Below the pieces are notes generated by a model. The model did no database searches, had not been told where the DNA came from, and saw only the letters and a program-made list of their open reading frames with translations. Of a DNA stretch of 63,348 nucleotides, positions 51,561 through 63,019 are shown piece by piece (position 1 is the first letter of the stretch; each line of letters opens with the position of its first letter). Position numbers and translations under genes: made by a program. Source of the stretch: Octopus bimaculoides (Eukaryota); the NCBI RefSeq assembly GCF_001194135.2, contig NC_068986.1, positions 7,563,762 to 7,627,109 of the forward strand, given 5' to 3'.

Positions 51561-52898
51561 TCAGGTGACCCCATAAGTTCTGTCCGAATTTTGAATAAAA
51601 AAAAACAAGTGATCAAATGTTATATTTAATTGAAATTTAATCATCAATGTTCTTTCCCTGATTATCTATGACTTCCTTCCATCTATTTACAAGCTTTTTA
51701 ATCCCTCAATGTATAAATCTTTTGGTTTCAAAGCGAAGAACTCCGAAATGTCAGTTTCGACCTCCTCCTGACTTGCGAAAGTTATGTCACCCAAATGATT
51801 CTGTAAACTACGAAACAAATGGTAGTCTGAAGGAGCAAGGTCGGGAGAATAAGTTGGATGAGGAATTTTTCCCTAACCAAGCTCTTTGATCTTCTGTGAC
51901 GTGATCTTTGCAGTGTAGAGTCGCGCATTGTCCTGATGAAACATCACTCCTTTTCGATTCACTAAAGCGGGACTGTTTTCTTCAAAGCTTGGTTCAAACG
52001 CTCTAATTGCTGATAGTAAACTTGAGCATTGATTGTTGCATTAGGTGGTAACAATTCAAAGTGAATTACTCCTTTGCAACCCCACCAGATAGAGAAAAGA
52101 ACCTTTTTTCACATGAAGCTCCCTTCTCGGTTGTGGTTGAGCTTTTCCCCTTTTACCAAGACACTGTTTACGACGTTTAACATTTCAATAGAAGATCCAT
52201 TTTTCGTCACCAGTCACAAGTCAACCCAAAAAGGGTGAAATGAGTTCGCAAGAATGGTGAGAAGAGCAGATGTCAACTCGGGATTTGCGGTTTCTTTCGG
52301 ACAATTCATGTGGCACACATTTTCCAAGTTTAGGAACCTTTCCAAGTTATTGAAGATGACGATGAACAGGTGTGGGTTTGATCTAAGCTTTATTGCCAAT
52401 TCTTCCTCTGATAATGCAGTATTTTCTTCAAGTAATGCCACAAAGAGCTTATCATCAAACTCAACTGGACGTCCTGTTCGATCTTCATCTTCAAGGCTGA
52501 AATCTCCACTTCTGANNNNNNNNNNTGTTCGATCTTCATCTTCAAGGCTGAAATCTCCACTTCTGAATTTTGCAAACCATCTTCTGCAAGTTCTTTCATT
52601 CAAGCATTCTTTCCCATAAACTGAGGTTATGTTTCGAGTCGCTTCGGCTGCAGAGTTTCCTTTTTTGTACTAATGAAGCATTATGTGCCTCAAATGCTCT
52701 TTGGATACTTCCATGTTAGAAAGGGTTTTAATCAAAGAAATTTTAATTCTATTATTCTGTAAAATAATATTTAATTAGTTTAAATGTACACAAATGCATA
52801 AAAATAATTTTTAATTCCATTAGACATTCTAACATATTATTAAATTTTATTCAATTTTAAAAAAGGTAAAATCGGACAGAACTTATGGGATGACCTGA
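51561..52898 (-). mobile_element. Full-length mariner (DD34D) transposon with TA duplication and disrupted transposase
   Basis: TIRs TCAGGTGACCCCATAAGTTCTGTCCGA and TCGGACAGAACTTATGGGATGACCTGA (2 mismatches in 27 bp), with TA on both sides. ERTCRRWFAKFRSGDFSLEDEDRTGRP is the mariner HTH. Confidence 0.92.
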
Positions 52899-52959
52899 TA
52901 TGTATATATGTGTGCTTGCTTGCATGCATGCATGTATGTATGTTTGTCTTCTGTTTTTA

Positions 52960-53660
52960 ATCATTTAGAGTCTTCCTATGAAGAAGGTGTTGGTTTCTAA
53001 CAAAGATGTAAAGCTCTATCATTGGAATGTAGATAATGAAAACAATGTCACATTTTAAACCGGAGAAGAGTCTTGCATAAGTTTACTGTCCCGCTAAGAG
53101 ATTGTATTTGTAATGTGAGCGCCTGTTGGTTGATTTCTTTCTCTGAAAATTCAAGCTTATTTAGACTGACAGTTTGACAATTACTTACAAAACCAAGTGC
53201 TCCAATTATTACTGGTATAAATGTTAATTTGTAATCCGGATACAGAAGCTGGAGGTTTCGGAGCAATTATCCATATGTATCCTCTTTTCATAGATATCTT
53301 CTTTTCAGCTTGCCTCTATGACTGTACATATTTTTTCTTGTCTGTCCCAACCAACAGTATCCAGCATGTTATGCTTACTCTTGACAGATGTTTTTATGGG
53401 AATGTTCCACCAATATTCCTTGTACTGTTATTTGTGTACGTATTCAATAACAGCTAGATTCTCTATATTTATTCCAGGACAGTATTTGTTTCCGAATGGC
53501 ATTGTAGATTGTTTTTGTAACAACGCCATATTGCATAGAGACTTAGTTACTTGATGACATTCTGGGGCAGCTTCTAATAACATCTGTGATGTCTTCCACA
53601 GGAATATGATTTGATCTACATTTTCGACTGCATATCTTGGAACCCCAAGGGCTTCACTTC
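52960..53660 (-). mobile_element. Second R4/Dong-like LINE 3' fragment
   Basis: LRNLQLLYPDYKLTFIPVIIGALG...LQIQSLSGTVNLCKTLLRF (53048-53266) and EDITDVIRSCP. The 3' UTR is homologous to 50210-50260. Confidence 0.85.
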
Positions 53661-53741
53661 ATGTATGTATGCATGTAATTATGTACGTACATCTGTATGT
53701 GCGCGTGTGTCTATGTATATACATACATACACACGCGGGCA

Positions 53742-53780
<39 letters not shown>

Positions 53781-54399
53781 AGTACATACATACATATAGA
53801 TCAGATACTTAGGTAGTTCTGGTGTTGTTTACGCGCATGAGTTTGTGTTTCAGTATCTTAGTTACTTCCAATAAGAAATCTTTATTAGAGATTGTGTCAT
53901 TAACAAAAGGATGGTGTAAATACATCTAAATTCCTGTGATCTACAAACGTATCTAATCTAATTTATTCAGTAGTAATGAAAGTATCGGAAGAAAAAAAAA
54001 AAGAAGTTTTCTTTTGCTATATATGTTCAAACTCATCTCAGGCAACCGTTAACAAGCAAAAACGGAAAGGAAATATATACATTTTTTTTTAATTCGGAAG
54101 GACCTACTTTACTTAACGAAATGAAAAACCGATAGATTCAATATGAAAAAGAAAACAACACATAATTAAAAACACAATATCAATATAAAAAAAACACACT
54201 GAAAAGAACAGCGAGGATGAAGTAAATCTCAGCAAATACATAGAGGAGAATACACAGTGGCAATTGTAAGCAATTCTTTCAAAAGTTCCAAGTATTTGAT
54301 TCAAATGTATAATATTCAATGGAACGATTGATAAAGACAGGAAGATAACACTGAAGGATACAGTCATAAACGGAAGGTAAATTATTCTAGAACAGAATG

Positions 54400-54900
54400 T
54401 GGAACAAAAATATCAGATGAAATTATAGGATATAAACAGGACCGAGAAGGAAAATGATATGGAATTAGAATTTCACCAAAAGTAAGATCTGCCATAGGTA
54501 GCGAGGACTCATTAATTTTAAGAACTGCAATTAACTGGAAATTCTTCAGCGTTTACGATGACCAACTTTACAGTCACAAATTATCCAGTTTCCTGCTGAA
54601 GTACTTAAACTCATGAATACATGACGATGGCATTGGAAAAGAACTGAAAGTGAACATCTGGATGTTTGCCTAAGGTGATCACAATATTTAGTAGCACCAA
54701 CAGCGATAACATTGTGAATTGTATGGATGGACTTAAGCGATAATATTGTAAATTGTGTGGAAAACAGTACGGCTTTAAATTGGCCAAGTCCTGAGAGGTT
54801 GATTGCAATACGTTAAGGTTTACATCCTGGATCTCTATGGTCAAATACTGCAGCAGTCTATTTTGAGAGGTATTGAGCCATTGGTGGCTTTCGAACATAA
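54400..54900 (+). mobile_element. Very old LINE RT remnant (CR1/L2/Jockey-like)
   Basis: ELKVNIWMFA*GD resembles the xxLFADD motif region. The rest is weak. Confidence 0.3.
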
Positions 54901-54954
54901 ATACAATTTACAATATTATTGATCAAATCCATCCATACGGTTTATAATATATTT

Positions 54955-55179
54955 ATTTCTTTATTGTCCAAAGGGGACTAAACATAGAGGGGACAAATAA
55001 GGTCAGACAAAGGGATTAAGTCGATTACATCGACCCCAGTGCGTAACTGGTACTTATTTTATCGAAAGGATGAAAGGCAAAGTCGACCTCGGTGGAATTT
55101 GAACTCAGAACGTAACGGCAGACGAAATGCCTCTAAGCATTTCACCCGGCGTGCTAACGTTTCTGCCAGCTCGCCGCTC
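54955..55179 (-). mobile_element. Full-length tRNA-derived SINE with 13-bp target-site duplication
   Basis: Same family as 27340 and 48279. TSD TTATAATATATTT at 54942-54954 and 55180-55192. Confidence 0.92.
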
Positions 55180-56939
55180 TTATAATATATTTGCTCAAGT
55201 CCATCCACCTTTTACGTCTTCTAATAGTCTTGCTCACAGATGCCCTATATATTGTTTCAGGTGACAAATCTATCATCATAACCCTCTTAACTCCTCGTCT
55301 CATTCATGTCCGCTTGATGTTCGTACTCCCCGTGCCCACTGCTCATTCGCGTTATTCATGTAATCTGAATCGCTATAGATATATTCTTTAGCCACATTTT
55401 TACTTTCGTCAGAATGAGATCTGCAACAATGATGATTGTGCGATTCTGAACCGGGTAAGAGGGTGGTGAGTGAATTTTAGGTACAGCTTTTAGGTTGTCA
55501 ATCTACCATGTAGATTCTCTCACGTTCTCGTTATTCGTGACTACAGGTATTTTCACGATGCCTGTCATTGTTTGAGATGAGAGAAAAAATGTCTCCGCAA
55601 CACGTTTTTACAATCATAACTACTTGAAGACATAAGGACATACTTCAAAATAAATGTATTATATATTTCCTCATACGAAAATGACAAAAACATTATGCAA
55701 TGACAACGAGATGAAGAAAAGACGATACAGAACATTAACTTTTTCTGTTGCATCCTCAAGGCCATTAAAAGTGTTCTAGAATTGATATAGGTAATGAATA
55801 CAAATGATACAAGAAGCAGCTATACTCCGATATAATGTAGGCCAAGCAAGAGAAAAGTTGATAAGAAGCAAAAATTATTCGATCATACGAACACTCACAG
55901 AGCAAAGCAATCCATTGCGTAACGTTGAAATCAAGGCAGTAACGAGAGAGTTCTGCTATATATTTATTAGTTGTGTAAATCAGTGCTGATAATGATATTG
56001 ATTAAAACTGAAAATAGAATTAATATTGAATTTAATATTAAAATTTCCGAATAATTTATGAATACCGATCTTAGTATAGTGACTATACAACCAGCATCGT
56101 AAAAGCCTGCAATGTCATATTCATTTGAATAGAAATCTCGTTAATGCCGATGCTTAGAAATCAGTTACAACTTTTAGAAACTGATCAATTTGTTGACGAT
56201 ACATAACTAGTAAACAAATTTACGAACATTTATAGTAATTCTTTTGAAAAGCAGTTTCGTAGAGAACACTAAGTGACCAAAGAAGATAAAAGGGAGCTAT
56301 AAGCAGTGAAATATTATTTCAATACTCAGTGACGGAACTGAATTATTCTATGTCCAATACACATGCACACCAATAACTTTAGAAAATGCAGGGTTAAATA
56401 CAAAATATCAGCAACGTAGAAGAGACTAGTAAAATGTGAAAAACATATATCATAGAAATTTGCGTAGCGATGCAAGTAAAATAACCTTTCCAAGCAAATA
56501 CAAAAGACAAAAAAAGAAGAAAAATTAACAAAATTTATTCGTAAGTACAGCATAAAGAACGAATAAACATGACTGCAAATATTTGAGAACTTAAAATAAA
56601 AAATATATATTTTCTCCCACTTAGTTAAATAGGTATTACATTAAATATAACGCTTCTTTCATAATCGAGCTTTCGAAAATAAATCACAACATTTCTGCAC
56701 GAAAACACACAGAAACCACTAGAAAAATAAACAACGCTAGAAATATTTTGGAAGCGTGTGTTCTAAGACGAGGCTAAATATGCGAAAAGTAAGAGCGCGT
56801 TAGAGAAATACGTAGCAGCAATAGAAATGAAAACCTCATTTCCTCAATATATTGCTGCATTTTTTATATGAAGCTTCTATAAATATGTTACTGACAATAT
56901 TCAAAAGTGTTGGCTGTTTGCGTTCACCGAAGTACATTG

Positions 56940-57500
56940 CTAGACTAGGTTTATCTTAGCAAAAGGGACAGGTGTGACGATACAGGTGTTTTCGTTTATT
57001 GTACTAGGTAGTTGGTTGAGTATATTCAAATCGTCTCGTAGAAGGTGCTTTATATGTTGAAGGAGGAGCTTTTGTAGAATGTCTAGAATATTACTTGAGT
57101 GATGTGTTTCGCACGACGGGTCTGCTAAGATGGATTTCATTTTTAGAACCAATGGTGGTGGGATATTCACACAACTGGCTTTCGTCCTTTCAAATTTCCC
57201 ATTGGTTAGTTTCTTGTATTTTACGTATTCCATAGAAACTGCTTGTTTTATATTTGAAGTTTTAAAGTTGATCTGGTTCTTTGTCAGTAAAAAAGTTAGT
57301 TTTCATTTGAGTGTAATAGGACGGTAATTAGTTTCCTAATTTTTGATTTATTTCTAGTAAATATTATCTTGTAGGATCTCCAGTAGAAATTTCTTTTAAT
57401 AATCTGCATCAAAATATCAAGTGAACCTCCTTTGTCAGCTTTCTTAATAATAATATTTCTGTCAAATTATAAATCTGTTGTCTAAATTGATTTTATTTGC
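56940..57500 (-). mobile_element. PLE reverse transcriptase N-terminal remnant
   Basis: KADKGGS, FKTSN and ILADPSCETHHSSNILDILQKLLLQHIKHLLRDDLNILNQLP match PLE RT motifs (KADKG; PIxAGPxCxTH..S..ID..LK......YIRD..DFL..LP). Confidence 0.75.
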
Positions 57501-57713
57501 TGTTTCCCATATCTTTATAGGTAAGTTTCTAGGCACCAGGTGTACCTGTCTATTAGTTATAGAATTGAGAGAATTACTTAATTAAGTAGTTTCCCTTTAA
57601 TCATAGAAAGAGTAACGGAAAGAGTAACAGTAATAATAAAGATTATCAGCAGAAATATAAAACAAACACAAACATAATAACATCTAATAGTAAAAACATA
57701 GATATCTTTTTTC

Positions 57714-58598
57714 ATGGGAAATGTGATTGCACTAGGAGAACGCAATTCAAATTTGAAAATAAGTGTGAGAAATACCGACTATAGATGTGAAGTCACAACA
57801 AATAAAAATAAATATTACTGTATAGGGCCTAGCTCATGCTTTATGAAACAAAAAATAGCAAATCATAAAAGTTCGTTTAGAAATAATACTACAAAATTTT
57901 CAGCAAGTGTTAGTAAACTTAGATGGCCACTTAAGGATGGAAATATTAAATGTTCATTAAAATGGGAAATTATTAGTATTGCGAAACCTTATAAAATAGG
58001 GGACGGAAAATGCAATTTGTGCCTAGAGGAATTATGCCAAATATTTACTCCGAAAAATAAATTAGTTAACACTAAACAGGAAAAACGTTTTAATTGCTTA
58101 CACAAACATTTTCTTTTAAAATAAATTAAATAATAGAATGCTTTAACTTATATGATTTCAATAAACTTTTTTCCAGTAAACATAACTATAAAAACTATAA
58201 TAATAAAGACGCATATCAAGAATACAAGAATAGAATTCAATTTATAAGATCTATATAATATAAACTAAAAACATTTTAAAACAATAATTATAATAAGTTA
58301 GAAGAATTTAAAGTACAACTGAATATTTCTTTTCAATAACTACGTGTTTCTTACTGCTTAGTAATTACTCGCTATTACTATTAATAACCTTCACAAATTT
58401 CAAATGATATAATCAACTCTGAAATACATCAAAATACCTTGCGATTATAAAGTATTTAGAATCAATCAAAAAAGTATTCTATAAGTAACCACGCTCCACC
58501 TACCCAAGAACATTTGTTAACTTCAACAAATACTGCTGCTACTGAATTTTATCCAAACAAACAGTTGAGGAAAACATCTCGCAGAGAATGTCATAGTT

Positions 58599-58645
<47 letters not shown>

Positions 58646-58790
58646 TAACAAAGCCTAATTTAAACTAATAGCGAATGAATATACAACAATATGCAGTCGG
58701 TGCGATCGAAACACGTGTCGGACTATTACTTTGAATAAACTGTCTGGAAATAAATATAAAATCTGAATTTTCAAAATTTTCATTCTCGTC
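57714..58790 (+). mobile_element. PLE GIY-YIG endonuclease remnant plus pLTR
   Basis: ORF 57714-58124: YRCEV...YYCIG...NHKSSFR...SASVSKL...LKWEII...GKCNLCLEE...LVN...CLH. A decayed HHR lies near 58.7 kb. Confidence 0.8.
58667..58727 (+). ncRNA. Decayed hammerhead remnant (3' half intact)
   Basis: CGAAAC-ACGT-GTC at 58707-58719 and stem I remnant AATAG/CTATT. The CUGAUGA box has eroded to CGAATGA. Confidence 0.4.
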
Positions 58791-59535
58791 ACTCCCCTAT
58801 AAATATATATATNNNNNNNNNNNNNNNNNNNNNNNNNNNNNNNNNNNNNNNNNNNNNNNNNNNNNNNNNNNNNNNNNNNNNNNNNNNNNNNNNNNNNNNN
58901 NNNNNNNNNNNNNNNNNNNNNNNNNNNNNNNNNNNNNNNNNNNNNNNNNNNNNNCTACTCTGTGTGTGTGTGCGCTGTACATACGTGTTTGTACCGAAAA
59001 GCAAGACAAGTTTTCCACCGCATATTTGCAATTGATCTAGAATCAAAATTAATTTTTTCTCCGTTCCATTTTTCGAAGGTAAACTAATTTATTGGTGTTT
59101 TTATATTTTTAATCCTTCCAGTGTGGTAAAAATTAATTATGGAGTAAATATTTATGTTTACAATGGATTGTATACATCACTGGAGTAAATTCACCTCGAG
59201 TGTAGACAACATGATAATTTGCCACCGCCACCGTCGCCACCACCACCACCACCACCACCACCACCACCATCACACACACTACTACTAAAACAACAACAAC
59301 AAAACCACCACAATCATTTTCATCATCATTGTATTGGAAACCATTATAGATATCTGACTTAATATCTTCGACTGAAAGAGATATGTGTCACACTTTCCCA
59401 TTGTTCCTTAATAGAGGATTCCAGGCTTACTACATACATACATATACTTCTATATATACTACCATACATTAATATACATGAACATAAACACACACAAGCA
59501 TAACATACACACACGTACATACATACATACATACA

Positions 59536-59589
59536 TACATACATACATACATACATACATACGTATGTATGTATGTATGTATGTATGTA
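59536..59589. repeat. Perfect palindrome formed by (TACA)n abutting (TATG)n
   Basis: Centre TAC|GTA at 59562/59563 with 27-bp arms. Confidence 0.9.
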
Positions 59590-60815
59590 ATATATATATA
59601 TATATATATATATCGCAATATTCCACGTCGTGATTTCGTTAAAAATATTGCAAATATTTAAAATTTTGTGTCATTGAAGTGGTTATAAATTACCTCAGAT
59701 ACAGTTACTTGATTCCCTGCCAAGTAAAGAACAATCGTGTTAATATTAATATCTGAAGATGTGTATTGCGTACCCTATTGGGGTGTATTTTGACAAACAT
59801 AAACCACGGTGAGTTCATTCTTGCAGAGAAGGAATTGACATTTTGGTTTGCCTTAATTTGCTTGTATCCTTAATTTAACATCAGTGAGAGGCAACCGTTA
59901 CAAGCTCTAGCAATAGAAAATTGAACATTATAAGAGAAAGATATCAAATATAAATTCATTCCAGTTATAATTTCACAACTTATGGATTTAACTGGCCGTT
60001 ATTCTTGTAGTAGTAGTGGTAGTAGTAGCAGCAGCAGCAGCAGGAGCAACAGCAACTGTACTAGTAATAGTATTAGTAAGAGGAGGAGGAGGAGATGGAG
60101 TTAGAAAGCAGAAGGAAACAGTTGTTATTGTTGTAGATGCAGCTGTGATTGCTTAGCTCTAGGTCAAACGTCATTGAGCATAGGAAGAATCAAAGGAAAT
60201 CCATCTTTTTCCTGTGGTGGGTTCTCGGACAATATCATTATGAAATATCTTCATATCAGGACTTATGACCGGAAATGAGATATCAGAGCAAGCAAACGAT
60301 ATCAGTATGTATATATATATGAGGACACAACCAAGACTCAAGTCCAGAAATACATCGGGTCAACCGGAACTGCCTTCAAGAGAAGCCTCTATAACCACAG
60401 TTTCTCTTTCAGGATTCCAGAAAGATGATTCGTAACGTCACTGCCAAGCAGCCTGTGACCCCTTAAAGATGAAGGGACCCCATACGATATCAAATAGAGG
60501 ATGATAGAGCGGCCGGGATCCTATATCAACGGAAGCGGAAGCTGCAAGCTTTGTATAGATGAGCGAGCAAGGATCCTCAAAGACTCCCTGGAACCAGGAT
60601 TATTAAGTACCCGACATAAGATTTATTGTTCCTGCATCATTTCAAACTCCACCTGCTGCAAGCATGGTGTTCCCCATTCAACGATTAAATCCGAAAAAGT
60701 CCTTACGAGCTAGAAGTAACCTAAGGGCGGAGTTCTCCGTTCGCCATTTTAGCCCTATGGACTGACAACTGAACCGGTCTAATGGGTATTAACCCGGCCT
60801 CGACGGCCCAGGTTG

Positions 60816-60879
60816 TTTATTCTTTATTCTTTAATTCTTTTATCAGTTTCAGCTTAAAGCTGCGGCCATACTGGGGCAC
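60816..60879 (-). mobile_element. Short 3' tail of the CORE-SINE (or its partner LINE) inserted into the pLTR
   Basis: Minus strand GTGCCCCAGTATGGCCGCAGC...TGAAACTGATAAAAGAAT matches the tail at 41540-41600. Confidence 0.65.
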
Positions 60880-60942
60880 TAACTATCTGACCGTAACGGA
60901 ATTCTACCTCCACAGTTTGAAAAGTTATTTGGCCCTCGCCAT

Positions 60943-60999
60943 TGGAGCCTGACGAGTCGTCCATAGCGCTTAATGGATGCGAAACCATTGGTCACTCTA
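60943..60999 (+). ncRNA. Type I hammerhead ribozyme motif, core CUGACGA
   Basis: TGGAGC-CTGACGA-G(T)CGTCCAT-AGCGCTTA-ATGGATGC-GAAAC-CATTG-GTC-ACTCTA. There is a C.A mismatch at the first stem I pair. Confidence 0.72.
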
Positions 61000-61040
61000 T
61001 AACCGCACATATACTTAACTGCATATAACTATATATATAC

Positions 61041-61075
<35 letters not shown>

Positions 61076-63019
61076 TGTGCATTTGTGTGCACGTGCGCAT
61101 GTGTATCTGTGTGTGAATGCATGTATATGTAAATATGTGTGTGTATGTATATTTGTCAACGATGATGTTAATCTCACGCGCCGGAGAGAGTAAAAGTGTG
61201 TGTTATCGTTTTAGACGTTGTCCTTCATCAACAAAAAAAAAAGGGAAAAAGAAAAAAGGAAAAGAAAAGAGAGAGAGAGCGTAGTCTAAGGAATGTAGGA
61301 AAGTAAAAATCGAGTATAAAAAGGAGAAAAATAGGAAGGCTAAAAGTGACAGAAAGAAAGAGGAAGATTAAAATCTAGGTAAGTAAATGCCGCTTAAATA
61401 ACCATTTAGTTTTACTGAATTACACAACTATTCGCTGACACGTTTTTCCACTTATTTGAATTTAGAACATTTTATTATTAATTTGGTTGGTTTTCTTGTG
61501 TGCTTTCATTATCATCCGCATGAAACTGTTTCAAATCGTTTTATATATTTCTTTCACCAGTTCACTCTGATTGTCCTGTGAATGATGTTTCAAAACCAAG
61601 CGGTGCAATTTCTTTTTGTTGTTTACAGTCTACGTTAGGCTTCCCTTCTTACGTTTATTCCGTTTAAAAGAATTCACGTGCTTCGTACTATTGTATTCTT
61701 GATGAAATCATTTTAGAATCATATATTATTTATAATTATGACGATTGGGTGTAAATTCTTCATTGACATGCATCGTTTCTTATTTGTTTTGAAATGGTAA
61801 GGTATTGAGAGAATATCAAGAACAGTTACAGTGTGAACTGCGAAGCTGATTTATAAGATACATAAAAATGCTAGAGTATTAGACATTTCTAAAATTTCTG
61901 AAGCCATTTCGAGTTCTGTATCACTTTTAAGAAATTCATACATTTTAGCAGTTAACTAGTATTGCTAAATACTTCTTTATATTAAGAGTTGTTTGCATTT
62001 AGTAGAATTTCAAAAGATTCCTCATCGAGATATCCGTGTCACTTCCTGATAATTGTACCTATATAGAAATCTGTCCTTTGATGCTTTTCTTACAATATGA
62101 ATACGATTCTTAATTTCAAGTCTGACTCCATACTGACGTAAACCATATGCTTTTAGTAATTTTATTGTATTACTTCCTTTAATGCCGACATTTTACGGTT
62201 TCCGGCGAGGGTTGCTTTAGAATGATGTTGCTATTAACGATCCTTATTATATTTGACAGCAAACTGTTTGATTCTTTCAGTTGCTGCTTTTGAATGTCTT
62301 CACTTTATTATATTTTCGCTTTCTTTCAACTGAAATATTGGTAATGACTCTTTTCACTTTGAAATGACGAAATTTTCTTTACCGTCGTTTACAGGTATAA
62401 TATTAATTACAGGTATAATATTAATTCACGCAACATCTTCAAGGAGATGTTTATGAAATATTAATAAAATAAGTCAATTATTTATTTACTTCATATGCCT
62501 TCTCAGTTTGATCAATATTAAGATATCAATGTAATTATTAATATTACGAAATTTGAGAACTGCTTTTAGATAATGATCCTTTAAATTCCTTTAACCATCA
62601 ACAAGGATTTCAACACGTAATGGCAAAAGGACATGTTATAAGTATTTTAGTGATGATAAATTAAAAACATTGTTTACTTGTTAACTATATATTTGAAATT
62701 ATATTGCCCTCCCCCCCACTCTCTCTCACACACACATGCACATACACACACACACATGTACACATAATATGTGATCACTCACACATCTGTGTAAATATTA
62801 ATATAGTATTTAAGAGGTGGACAAAGGAAGCAAGATGCGGATGGAGAAAAACCGATATATTAAGAGAGACAGGGAATGGGAGAAGCGAAGGAGCAGAGAG
62901 AAAGACAACAGAAAAGAGAAGATAGACAAACGGGAGAAAATGTGACGATGGAAACTGAGAGACGGCGGAGGAAGGAAATTTAAGAGAAACGCATGGCAGA
63001 CTTCAGTATTACGATATAA

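Larger units (their letters stand above)
60321..61005 (+). mobile_element. 5'-truncated PLE (GIY-YIG plus pLTR with hammerhead)
   Basis: KYIGSTGTAFKRSLYNHSFSFR (60348 onward) and GSYINGSGSCKLCIDE...LLSTRHKIYCSC (60501-60713). The HHR core is at 60949. Confidence 0.85.

Noticed and set aside
55700-55770. EMKKRRYRT peptide resembling a paired-class homeodomain N-terminal arm
   Set aside because: There is no following helix 1 (F..QL..LE), the frame closes quickly and no splice support exists.
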